Shown one piece after another: positions 1-7,759 of a stretch of 17,830 nt of DNA. The DNA is from Armatimonadota bacterium (GTDB taxonomy: Bacteria; Armatimonadota; Hebobacteria; CAIYQO01). Positions within the stretch are counted from its first letter, which is position 1; each line of letters opens with the position of its first letter. Where the stretch lies: the NCBI GenBank assembly GCA_038248345.1, contig JBBRXO010000055.1:1-17830 (forward strand), in the 5' to 3' direction. Both the position numbers and the translations under genes were made by a program. The notes beneath the pieces are model-generated. The model was not told the DNA's origin. It saw nothing but the letters and a program-made list of their open reading frames with translations, and searched no databases.

Positions 1-161
1 ATGATCGCCGCCAGCAGATATTGCCCCCAGCGATGCACTTGCAGACGCTGCTCCCAGAACCCCTGGGTGCGGACATGCAGATATTCGATCACCAACATCA
101 TCACCAGGACGAAGCCGGTCACCTGTACCGCAAGTTTGACGATATCTACCATAGCTGACAC
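1..161 (-). CDS. Putative metal/metalloid permease (ArsP_2/DUF2899 'putative manganese transporter'-like), 5' part only; runs off the window edge
   Basis: Not in the ORF track. Manual translation gives (V)SAMVDIVKLAVQVTGFVLVMMLVIEYLHVRTQGFWEQRLQVHRWGQYLLAAI..., a hydrophobic N-terminus with the family-like MMLxIEYxxVxTxG...QYLLAA pattern. SD GAGGT at 172-176; start GTG 161 or ATG 152. Confidence 0.7.
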   Translation of the reverse strand, partial: MSAMVDIVKLAVQVTGFVLVMMLVIEYLHVRTQGFWEQRLQVHRWGQYLLAAI

Positions 162-179
162 GAACGTTTTAACCTCACA

Positions 180-374
180 TTACCCACGGTTCATCGTGGC
201 CCCACACTTCGGGCATATCACCTGCACACAGGGCACGCCACGCTCGTGCAGTTGCGTGTGTCCGCACTTCGGGCAGACACAGTCACCTTCAGGTCCAGCC
301 GCAGGTGATCCACCCATGCGACCGCCCCGACGTCCACCTCCCGGCATAGGGCCGGTTCCATCTCCTCTTGGCAT
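180..374 (-). CDS. Small DUF5320-like protein with C-terminal Cys-rich metal-binding motif (64 aa)
   Basis: [10 protein letters not shown]-terminus, Gly/Arg-rich linker, CVCPKCG...HERGVPC...CPKCG; SD AAAGGAGG upstream. Confidence 0.85.
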   Translation of the reverse strand: MPRGDGTGPMPGGGRRGGRMGGSPAAGPEGDCVCPKCGHTQLHERGVPCVQVICPKCGATMNRG

Positions 375-393
375 ATTGGCCTCCTTTCATAAT

Positions 394-1014
394 TTACATA
401 ATACGCGTGGCGTCAACGCCCACTGGCGATTTACGTAACGCTTCGACGGTACAATGTTTCAGTACCCGGTCTTTGACCACCAATGTGGTGGCCGGACTGT
501 TAGAATTTCGGGCAAATAATATATCGTGTCCCACGCACAGGCCGACGAGGATATTCACGTCAGTCTGCTGAGTGTTGAGAATCTCTGCTTGTGCCAGGGG
601 ATTGCACGCTGCATGGAGTTTTTCGGCTTGCGTCACCCCAAAGTCAGCCAGTGTCAGACCCCCCACCGTACAGCAAACTGGCACCACGCGAAAGCCTGCT
701 TCATGCAACCGCGCACAGAGCACATTTGTCTCACGCGCCAAGGAGACGCAAAATGCCACCCCGAGCGTGGTATAGCCCATCTGATGGCAAAAGACGATCA
801 GTTCCTCGACGCGCGTCCGCATCGTGCCATCCTCATGCCGCGACGTCGCAGTCGCAACAGTCAGCACCTGCCGGGTCCAGGGCTCCGCTAGGGTTTGGAG
901 CAGAGCCGCATGTACCTGCTGTTCGGCCAGGGCACTCGGGCAGTTCGGTGGATAATCACCGCCACGTACACAGGCTTTAGCACGACATTCCGAACAAAAA
1001 TAAACTACTGACAT
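394..1014 (-). CDS. DUF1847 family metal-binding protein (206 aa)
   Basis: N-terminal CxxCxxxxC...CP, TRVEE, GVAFC, CNPLAQAEILN, GLCVGHD, VKDRV motifs. Start moved to ATG 1014 (SD GAGGAG); overlaps the end of the upstream gene. Confidence 0.9.
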   Translation of the reverse strand: MSVVYFCSECRAKACVRGGDYPPNCPSALAEQQVHAALLQTLAEPWTRQVLTVATATSRHEDGTMRTRVEELIVFCHQMGYTTLGVAFCVSLARETNVLCARLHEAGFRVVPVCCTVGGLTLADFGVTQAEKLHAACNPLAQAEILNTQQTDVNILVGLCVGHDILFARNSNSPATTLVVKDRVLKHCTVEALRKSPVGVDATRIM

Positions 1015-1898
1015 GCTGCACATCTCCTCATGGTTTGTTCCTGCGCCCCCAGGTATTGGAAAACAGGTGTATCTACCGAACACCCCACCAGTGCCGCGAC
1101 TATCGGACACTTGGCGACAAACAGGTAAAAAATCGGACGGCCCGCATCGACTAGCGTCTCGAAATTTCCCTGACCTTTGGATATAATGACATCCGCCGTG
1201 GCGAAGTGCTGCTGAAAGGCCGGCGAACACTGATCAACGACAGTGCCTGGGATATCCGCCCCGTTGTCCATCACCTGCACCAATGCCTCCAGCCCGACCG
1301 CCGCCGCATCTATACGGGTGGCATCGTTAATCACCGGCGCCCCTCGTACGACGAGGGTTACCTTTTCCTGGGGCAGGCATTCGATGAGTAGGCGATCAAA
1401 GACGATCTCTCCGGCGTTATCCGCCAGGTAAAGAATCGTGCTGGCTGCTGATACCGTCTGGCGAAAGGTTGTCAGCGCCTCTTCGTCCAACTGCATTGCC
1501 AGCGCACGGGTCAACGTCACCTCGATGTCGTGACGATCCACTTGCTGCTTCGCACCGTAATCGATGATATTGCCGGCAATCGCAACACGAATCGCCACGG
1601 CCAAGGGATCAAGTGCCGCATGAATTTGCGCCTGCAGACTGGGAAACCACTCTAGCGCCAGCGCGTTGCTCTCCGCTTTGATCGTCCGGTACGGATCGTC
1701 ATCACCCACTCGTGCGCGAATCAGTTGGTGGATGCGCTGTCCCATAATCGGCGCAGGTTGCCGCATGTCCAAGGTGCTCAGAAGATGAAGCACTTCCTGT
1801 ATGAGTTCGCCTTGCGTTGTAGGCGGCAACCCAATCCGTTGTATTGTATACATGGCCTGGCGTAGCAGGCATGGCAAGCATTCATCAGCGGTAGTCAC
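1005..1898 (-). CDS. DUF89/ARMT1-like damage-control metal-dependent phosphatase (297 aa)
   Basis: ECLPC, DPY..K, IAGNIIDYG, YLADNAGEIVFD, PVINDAT, ISKGQGNFETL, AKC motifs. GTG 1898 overlaps the upstream stop (GTGA) and follows SD GAGGT; alternative GTG 1904. Confidence 0.93.
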   Translation of the reverse strand: MTTADECLPCLLRQAMYTIQRIGLPPTTQGELIQEVLHLLSTLDMRQPAPIMGQRIHQLIRARVGDDDPYRTIKAESNALALEWFPSLQAQIHAALDPLAVAIRVAIAGNIIDYGAKQQVDRHDIEVTLTRALAMQLDEEALTTFRQTVSAASTILYLADNAGEIVFDRLLIECLPQEKVTLVVRGAPVINDATRIDAAAVGLEALVQVMDNGADIPGTVVDQCSPAFQQHFATADVIISKGQGNFETLVDAGRPIFYLFVAKCPIVAALVGCSVDTPVFQYLGAQEQTMRRCAACQ

Positions 1899-2332
1899 AA
1901 ACACACCTCACCACGCGCATCAACCGGACAGCCGGCCTGCTCGCCGGGGTGTTGGGTAAAGACCGCCGTCACGTGAAGCACTACCACACCTTTAGGCTGT
2001 TGGCCAGGCTTTTTTGCAGCCATGTACGCCGTGCCTGCCGCATAATACGGGCCGTCAGTGACGTACTCCGCAGGGCCTTTCAGCTGATATGCTACTCCCG
2101 TAGCGGAATCCCATGCAGCCAGAGATGCGGTACTCGTGGCCAAAATGTTCGCTTTCGTGGCGCGCATAAAGTTATCCAGCACCAGCAACGTGGTTACATC
2201 ATGCCATACTTTCCAGAACATCGGCGCTACGTTTGGCGTACCGTCAGTAGCGGTAGTTGCCAGTGCCACAATGGCCTGTTGGTCAACAAAATCTCGGATA
2301 CTGGAGGCGATCGCGTCTGTATCAATGGGCAT
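1895..2332 (-). CDS. Pyridoxamine 5'-phosphate oxidase-like (FMN-binding split barrel) protein (145 aa)
   Basis: LATTATDGTPNVAP, DNFMRATKANI, YQLKG, PKGVVV..V..VF.Q.PG motifs; SD GAGGAGAGGA. Confidence 0.88.
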   Translation of the reverse strand: MPIDTDAIASSIRDFVDQQAIVALATTATDGTPNVAPMFWKVWHDVTTLLVLDNFMRATKANILATSTASLAAWDSATGVAYQLKGPAEYVTDGPYYAAGTAYMAAKKPGQQPKGVVVLHVTAVFTQHPGEQAGCPVDARGEVCL

Positions 2333-2425
2333 CAAAATATCCTCTCCTCATGTAATTGAGTAAGTAACGTACAGGCACCGATCCTTGCAACGTTCCACTG
2401 CAAGGATCGGCCAAAAAATGATTAA

Positions 2426-2746
2426 TTACTCATTACCTTCCAGTTCATTCAAGCGCTGCTTGATATCAGCGAGCGCCTTTTCCATAGTAGCGGCCTGCTC
2501 GGTCAATACGGTCTTTTCATCGGCTTTCGTCGCTGTACTAAACAGCGTGTGGTCGAGTAAGCCACCGGCTGCGACGGCACCCATCCACCCCAGGCCACGA
2601 CACATGCCGCGACCGAACCCTCTGCCGCGTCCGCGGCCTTGGGGCATAATACCACTCTCCGGAATTTCCGTGCCAGCATAGTTGCCAGCACCACGTCCGG
2701 TCATCGGACCTTGCCCTAACGGGCCCGTTCCATCTTTACCTGGCAT
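2426..2746 (-). CDS. DUF5320 domain protein (106 aa)
   Basis: MPGKDGTGPLGQGPMTGRGAG, GRGRGRGFGRG repeat, C-terminal coiled coil (EKTVLTEQAATMEKALADIKQRLNELE); SD AAAGGAG at 2754-2760. Confidence 0.92.
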   Translation of the reverse strand: MPGKDGTGPLGQGPMTGRGAGNYAGTEIPESGIMPQGRGRGRGFGRGMCRGLGWMGAVAAGGLLDHTLFSTATKADEKTVLTEQAATMEKALADIKQRLNELEGNE

Positions 2747-2922
2747 AATAATACTCCTTTCTCATCGCGCACGATGAGTAACTTGCGGATATGAACAGAG
2801 CTACCAGTGCCCGTCCACATCCGCCTGCGCTGCCGGGGTCAACCGGTCAACGAGAAATTTCTGCAATTCATCCTGCACCGCACTAATGGTGCGAAATACA
2901 ACTAGATGCAACCTACACCTAT

Positions 2923-2951
2923 ATTATGAACGTGTTACATTCACCTGTCAA
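2923..2951 (-). promoter_or_regulatory. Sigma70-type promoter of the DUF5320 operon
   Basis: TTGACA (2951-2946), 17 nt, CATAAT (2928-2923); imperfect palindrome TGAAcGTgttACaTTCA (2927-2943) lies across the spacer. Confidence 0.65.
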
Positions 2952-3134
2952 GTAGGATCGAGGGGAGAATTATGGCAGTAATCACCATGTTCAACACCTT
3001 ACGGCATCGTAACTACCCATAGAAAGAAGCGCTTATAACCATTGTGAAGACTATCACGGGACTATATCTAAGATAGAGCAGAACCGGGGTGGAACTCGCG
3101 TCATTTTCTTCGTGTCGGCTATTTTTCTGCGCGA

Positions 3135-4214
3135 CTACATTATCGTACCACCGCACGCCACAGCATCGCCCACATAGCAAACCACCGCCTGCCCCGGCGT
3201 CACCGCCCGTTGTGGCTCCTGGAAGGTCACCTGCAGTTTGCCGTCCTCCCCCACCCGCGCCGTGGCCGGCTTCGCCGCCATCTTGTAGCGAAGCATCGCC
3301 GTCACCGGTTGGGGGGTATGTAGCTCCGCTGCGGTGAGTGCGCCGTATACCACATCAACCGCCTTCACTTCACTCCGCAACAGCGCTTCATTCGGTCCCA
3401 CGATCACCCGGTTCTGTATCGCATCCAGTGCCACCACGTACATCGGGTCATTGCAACTGAAGCCCAACCCGCGCCGCTGCCCGATGGTGTAGAAGGCGAT
3501 TCCGTCATGCTGGGCGCGCACCACGCCGTCGGTATCCACCACTTCACCCGGCAACACCGCTCCCGGAGCCTCCTCGCGCAGGAAACGTCGGTAATCGTTA
3601 TCCTCCACAAAACAGATCTCCTGGCTATCCGGTTTACTGGCGACGCGCAACCCCAGTTCCTCGGCAATCACCCGGGTGCGCACTTTCTCCAGCCCACCCA
3701 GCGGCAGCAGCGTATGCTTCATCTGCTCCTGCGTCAACGCGTAGAGCGCATAAGACTGGTCCTTGCGCGCATCCAGCCCGCGCCGTACACTCCAGCGGTC
3801 TCTTTCCTCATCATGAACCACTTGCGCATAATGCCCGGTGGCCACATATGTTGCCCCCAGCTCCCGCGCTCGCTCCAGCAGCAGATCAAACTTCAGCCAC
3901 CGATTACATCGCAAGCAGGGGTTCGGCGTGCGCCCGGCACGGTATTCGCGGATGAAATCCTCAATGACCAACTCGCGAAACTGCTGTTGGAAGTTCACCA
4001 CGTAGTGCGGGATGCCCAGCGAGCTAGCCACTCTCCGTGCATCGCCCACCGCGGAAAGCGAACAGCAGGCGCGCTCATTATCATCGCCGCTGGAGGGCCA
4101 TATCTGCATGGTGACTCCGATGACATCATACCCCTGCTGCAGCAACAACGCCGCCGCCACCGAGGAATCCACCCCGCCGGACATGCCACACACCACTCGT
4201 TTTTTTTCAACCAT
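3135..4214 (-). CDS. mnmA: tRNA 2-thiouridine(34) synthase MnmA (359 aa)
   Basis: [11 protein letters not shown]-loop, [55 protein letters not shown] 4214 preferred; GTG 4226 possible. Confidence 0.98.
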   Translation of the reverse strand: MVEKKRVVCGMSGGVDSSVAAALLLQQGYDVIGVTMQIWPSSGDDNERACCSLSAVGDARRVASSLGIPHYVVNFQQQFRELVIEDFIREYRAGRTPNPCLRCNRWLKFDLLLERARELGATYVATGHYAQVVHDEERDRWSVRRGLDARKDQSYALYALTQEQMKHTLLPLGGLEKVRTRVIAEELGLRVASKPDSQEICFVEDNDYRRFLREEAPGAVLPGEVVDTDGVVRAQHDGIAFYTIGQRRGLGFSCNDPMYVVALDAIQNRVIVGPNEALLRSEVKAVDVVYGALTAAELHTPQPVTAMLRYKMAAKPATARVGEDGKLQVTFQEPQRAVTPGQAVVCYVGDAVACGGTIM

Positions 4215-4231
4215 CAGCGCCCACACCTGCT

Positions 4232-4261
4232 AAAATGGGCGCGGCCCGAAGACCGCGCCCA
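4232..4261 (-). terminator. Intrinsic terminator-like hairpin between hom and mnmA
   Basis: Minus strand TGGGCGCGGT-CTTCGG-GCCGCGCCCA-TTTT: GC-rich stem, cUUCGg tetraloop, short U tract. Confidence 0.7.
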
Positions 4262-4337
4262 GCGATTTCTATTCTACTTCTGAGGTAAATGCATAACTCC
4301 TAGGGCATCGCCCCAGGTCTGAATTTATATCCGCTAT

Positions 4338-5642
4338 TTACTCTTCTACGCGAATTACGTTGGCAATCTCCACCACAGTCTCTTCCGTGCGTAGCGCCGT
4401 CAGTGCCGCCTGCACTTTCGCTTCCTTCACCAGGTGGGTAATCCACACGATCTCTGCCACCCCGTTATCCTCGGTGATGTTCTCATGTTTCGGTTGGAAG
4501 ATCGACGTCAGACTCACGCCATGCTCGCCCAGGATCGTCGCCAGGCGTCCAATGACGCCCGGACGGTCAATCACCCGCGTGCGGATATAATAGCGCGTCT
4601 CTACCTCGCTCATTGGCTGTATCGGCAGAGTCTGGTGACAACGGCAGGGCACCCGCCCGCTGGCATCGTGGTTAATATTGCGCGCACAGTCAATGACATC
4701 CCCCACCACCGCACTGCCGGTAGGGCCACTGCCCGCTCCGCGCCCGTAGAACATCAGATCGCCCACCGGGTCGCTCTGCACGAAGACAGCATTGAACACG
4801 CCGTTCACCGAGGCCAGCGGGTGCTGCTTGGGCAGGAAAGCCGGGTGTACGCGCAGATCAAGCGCGCCATCGGCGCGGGCGCCGATAGCTAGCAACTTGA
4901 TCTCATAGCCCAGTTGATCAGCATAGCGGATATCCTCGGCAGATATCTTCGTGATACCCTCATGGTAAATGCTGTTCACATCAATATGACTGCCGTAGGC
5001 GATGCTGGAGAGGATGGCGATCTTATACATCGCATCAAATCCCTCTACATCCGCCGTCGGGTCGGCTTCGGCATATCCCTTGGCCTGTGCATCCGCCAGC
5101 ACGTCATCAAAGTTCAGCCCTTCCTGCGTCATGGCGGTAAGGATGAAATTGGTTGTGCCATTGACGATGCCCACGATACGCTGAACGCTGTCCCCCGCCA
5201 GGCTCTCTTTCAACGGACGGATGATAGGGATACCGCCACCCACAGCACCTTCAAACATCAGGTCCACGCCATTCTCGGCGGCCAGGTTGAGCAATTCCGC
5301 CCCGTACTTAGCGATGAGTTCTTTGTTGGGGGTGACGACTGACTTTCCGTGCTGCAGCGCTTCGGTAACCACTTTACGTGCGAAACCTACGCCGCCTACT
5401 GCCTCGATGATGATGTCGATATCCGGGTCAGTCAGCACATCAGTAGCGTCAGTGGACTGCTGTTCCGCGGTGATGGAATACTCACGCGTGCGCTCCCAGT
5501 CCAAGTCGACGACTTTTTTCACCACCAGCTTGGAGCCAACGCGTTGGTTGATCCAGGCGGAATTTGTCTCTAAAAGCTGAACGGCCCCGACACCCACAGT
5601 ACCGAAGCCGATCACGCCAATGTTTATCTGTTCTCGTGCCAT
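4338..5642 (-). CDS. hom: Homoserine dehydrogenase with C-terminal ACT domain (434 aa)
   Basis: GFGTVG, VVTPNK, FEGAVGGGIPII, GIVNGTTNFIL, GYAEADPTADVEGFD, GRGAG, ACT motif DRPGVIG; SD AAGGGA. Confidence 0.98.
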   Translation of the reverse strand: MAREQINIGVIGFGTVGVGAVQLLETNSAWINQRVGSKLVVKKVVDLDWERTREYSITAEQQSTDATDVLTDPDIDIIIEAVGGVGFARKVVTEALQHGKSVVTPNKELIAKYGAELLNLAAENGVDLMFEGAVGGGIPIIRPLKESLAGDSVQRIVGIVNGTTNFILTAMTQEGLNFDDVLADAQAKGYAEADPTADVEGFDAMYKIAILSSIAYGSHIDVNSIYHEGITKISAEDIRYADQLGYEIKLLAIGARADGALDLRVHPAFLPKQHPLASVNGVFNAVFVQSDPVGDLMFYGRGAGSGPTGSAVVGDVIDCARNINHDASGRVPCRCHQTLPIQPMSEVETRYYIRTRVIDRPGVIGRLATILGEHGVSLTSIFQPKHENITEDNGVAEIVWITHLVKEAKVQAALTALRTEETVVEIANVIRVEE

Positions 5643-5662
5643 AATCCCTTACTTCTCTTCCT

Positions 5663-6127
5663 TTACCCCAGTTGCCCCAGCATCACCAGCGGGTCACCTT
5701 CGTGTACCAGCGCGCCTGTCGCAACAGGTAGCGCGATAACTACGCCGGATTTGTCTGCGGTGATCTCATTGAACACCTTCATAGCCTCAATAATTCCGAT
5801 TACCTGCCCCTTCTCCACGGTATCGCCAAGCTCGACGAACGGTGGGGTGTCCGGGGAGGCTGTGCGGTAGAAAATCCCAACCAGTGGGGATGTTATTGCC
5901 ACACCACGCTCTTTGGCAGGTGCGGTAACTTCGACTTTGGCAACTGGCGAAGCAACTGTCCGCACCACCGGAGCCGACATAATCTGCGGGCTAGCTATCA
6001 TTGTAACTCCCGAGGTTGTCTTGATCGACAGACTCATCTCCGGGTCATTGATAGTCAACTCCTGCAGACCATGCTCATGCGCCAGACGGCAGAGACGCTC
6101 AACATCAATTAATATTTCGTCTTCCAT
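5663..6127 (-). CDS. accB: Acetyl-CoA carboxylase biotin carboxyl carrier protein (154 aa)
   Basis: ITSPLVGIFYR..SP...PFV..GD.V..GQ....IEAMKVFNEI, with the biotinylated Lys in EAMK; Pro/Ala/Val-rich linker. Confidence 0.93.
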   Translation of the reverse strand: MEDEILIDVERLCRLAHEHGLQELTINDPEMSLSIKTTSGVTMIASPQIMSAPVVRTVASPVAKVEVTAPAKERGVAITSPLVGIFYRTASPDTPPFVELGDTVEKGQVIGIIEAMKVFNEITADKSGVVIALPVATGALVHEGDPLVMLGQLG

Positions 6128-6135
6128 ATGGCGGC

Positions 6136-6166
6136 ATTATACCACGACGGTACTATCCACTGTCAA
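6136..6166 (-). promoter_or_regulatory. Sigma70 promoter directly abutting the accB start
   Basis: TTGACA (6166-6161), 19 nt, TATAAT (6141-6136) with extended -10 TG; only 8 nt to the ATG; no SD. Confidence 0.7.
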
Positions 6167-6177
6167 ACAAATATGCT

Positions 6178-6972
6178 TCAATCTGCTCGCGGGAAAAAAG
6201 CTGCGACTATCAATAAGACACCAGCGAGCATGATGATCCAGATGCCAAACTGCAGATGAACCATATCCAATAACGATGATGGATTGAATATCATTGGAGC
6301 GCCGGATGAAGGATCGTTATTCTTATTCGCCTGCTCATTGAAAAATGCTACTACTCGGTAAAAGCCAAAAATCCCATATCCGCCTAATAATAGAGTCGTT
6401 ATCCCACAAATTGCCAGGCCAGCATAGGCTCGAATGAACGAGAGGACAAACGAAAATATGGCTATCACAATGACTATCGAGGCACCGTGACGTAAAAAGA
6501 AGAAAGCCATCCCATTTTTCATCTGGCTCGTGCCAAGCATATTCATCATAGGGTCGGTGGTACTAAGGAAATTGGAAATCTTCATCAGAGAATAGGACTG
6601 GTCATACATGTTCCCCATTCCGGGGATACTGATCTTAATACCAACAACCGGACAGAATACCGCTATAAAAAGTATTACAGAGGCGATCATACCGATTATC
6701 ATCGCCCCCGTCAGTGATGCCGATACTTGTACTGACGATGCATGGAGAGGGGCAGCTACCCCGTCAGAGGTACTGCTAGTTGGCGAATATTGCACCGATT
6801 CAATGTGAACTTTAGGGACGACAGTTGTAACTGGTTTCCCCTTTCCCATCATGTTGGTCACCTTTTGCGTCGTGGTTGAAGGTGGAGCTTCATAGTTTGC
6901 CGTCTTCTCACCGCAACGAATACATTCTACATCTGATTCCAATAATGGGTTTCCGCAACGTAGGCATTCCAT
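6178..6972 (-). CDS. Hypothetical membrane protein with N-terminal zinc ribbon (264 aa)
   Basis: CLRCG...CIRCG, Ser/Thr/Pro-rich linker, about 4 hydrophobic segments. Start ATG 6972 with SD AAGGGAG. Confidence 0.8.
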   Translation of the reverse strand: MECLRCGNPLLESDVECIRCGEKTANYEAPPSTTTQKVTNMMGKGKPVTTVVPKVHIESVQYSPTSSTSDGVAAPLHASSVQVSASLTGAMIIGMIASVILFIAVFCPVVGIKISIPGMGNMYDQSYSLMKISNFLSTTDPMMNMLGTSQMKNGMAFFFLRHGASIVIVIAIFSFVLSFIRAYAGLAICGITTLLLGGYGIFGFYRVVAFFNEQANKNNDPSSGAPMIFNPSSLLDMVHLQFGIWIIMLAGVLLIVAAFFPRAD

Positions 6973-6994
6973 AATATTCTTCTCCCTTACGCAC

Positions 6995-7023
6995 ATTATA
7001 CCGCAGAATTGTTATCTTTTGAA
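6995..7023 (-). promoter_or_regulatory. Probable promoter of the zinc-ribbon membrane protein gene
   Basis: TTCAAA, 17 nt, TATAAT (7000-6995). Confidence 0.5.
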
Positions 7024-7049
7024 TACATCCTCATTACGCTTACCTGATA

Positions 7050-7078
7050 TTGACGCAAAAAGGATACGATAATATACT
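7050..7078 (+). promoter_or_regulatory. Sigma70 promoter of the dprA-like gene
   Basis: TTGACG (7050-7055), 17 nt, TATACT (7073-7078); 12 nt to ATG 7091; no SD. Confidence 0.65.
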
Positions 7079-7090
7079 TGGTACACGTTT

Positions 7091-7717
7091 ATGACTTCAA
7101 TTGCAGATAACCTTAATATTCGCGGCGCCATACCAACCCCGATGGTTGCGATCATCGGGACACGCACACCGTCCAGTGAAGCAGAGCACGCCGCCTACGC
7201 AGTAGCCGCTATGCTGGCACGGATGGGCATTTCGGTGATAAGCGGATTGGCGCGTGGTATTGATGGAGCTGCACATCGCGGATGCCTGGCGGGTGGAGGA
7301 GCCACCGTCGCGGTACTCGGACATGGGCTGGATCGCCCCATTTACCCACCTGAACACGCCGAATTGGCTGCTGAAATCATACAGAATGGCGCACTGATCA
7401 GCCCATACCCCGCCGACACTCATATCTCACGTACCACCTTGTTGCAACGAAATCGCTATATCGTCACGCTGGCACGTGCGGTGTGGGTGGTGCAGACAGG
7501 TGTACCCGGTGGGGCGCTCTCTGCGGTGGCGACAGCACGAAAATATGGCATTCCCGTTCTGACTAGCCCCTGGGATGAGGAGTGCTGGCACAAGGGCTAC
7601 ACTTCCTTAATAACACGCGGAGCCACCAGTGTTGACGTTATCACTGCCGCCGTGCGCCTGGCCGAGCTTGCCCGCCGCCCCGTGGATATTGAAGAGCAGA
7701 AGCTGTTGGGATTGTAA
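7091..7717 (+). CDS. dprA: DprA/Smf family protein, Rossmann (SLOG) domain only (208 aa)
   Basis: VAIIGTR, VISGLARGIDGAAH, TVAVLGHGLD..IYP.EH..LA, QRNR, GGAL. Lacks the N-terminal SAM and C-terminal winged-helix domains. Confidence 0.85.
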   Translation: MTSIADNLNIRGAIPTPMVAIIGTRTPSSEAEHAAYAVAAMLARMGISVISGLARGIDGAAHRGCLAGGGATVAVLGHGLDRPIYPPEHAELAAEIIQNGALISPYPADTHISRTTLLQRNRYIVTLARAVWVVQTGVPGGALSAVATARKYGIPVLTSPWDEECWHKGYTSLITRGATSVDVITAAVRLAELARRPVDIEEQKLLGL

Positions 7718-7759
7718 GATATGGATCACGGGGACACCAATATGCCCCCGATGCTCTTT

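Noticed and set aside
1015..1230. Long N-terminal extension of the DUF1847 ORF in the track
   Set aside because: Lies inside the DUF89 gene; SD and homology point to ATG 1014.
2773..2860. Plus-strand resemblance to a yybP-ykoY (Mn2+) riboswitch (GAGTAAC...GTCCACAT...CCGG...CGAGA)
   Set aside because: Wrong strand for the operon, lacks the GGGGAGUA/GAGACC closing helix, and G-U pairs favour minus-strand folding. A cmscan would settle it.
3507..4283. 258-aa plus-strand ORF
   Set aside because: Antisense shadow of mnmA with no recognisable motifs.
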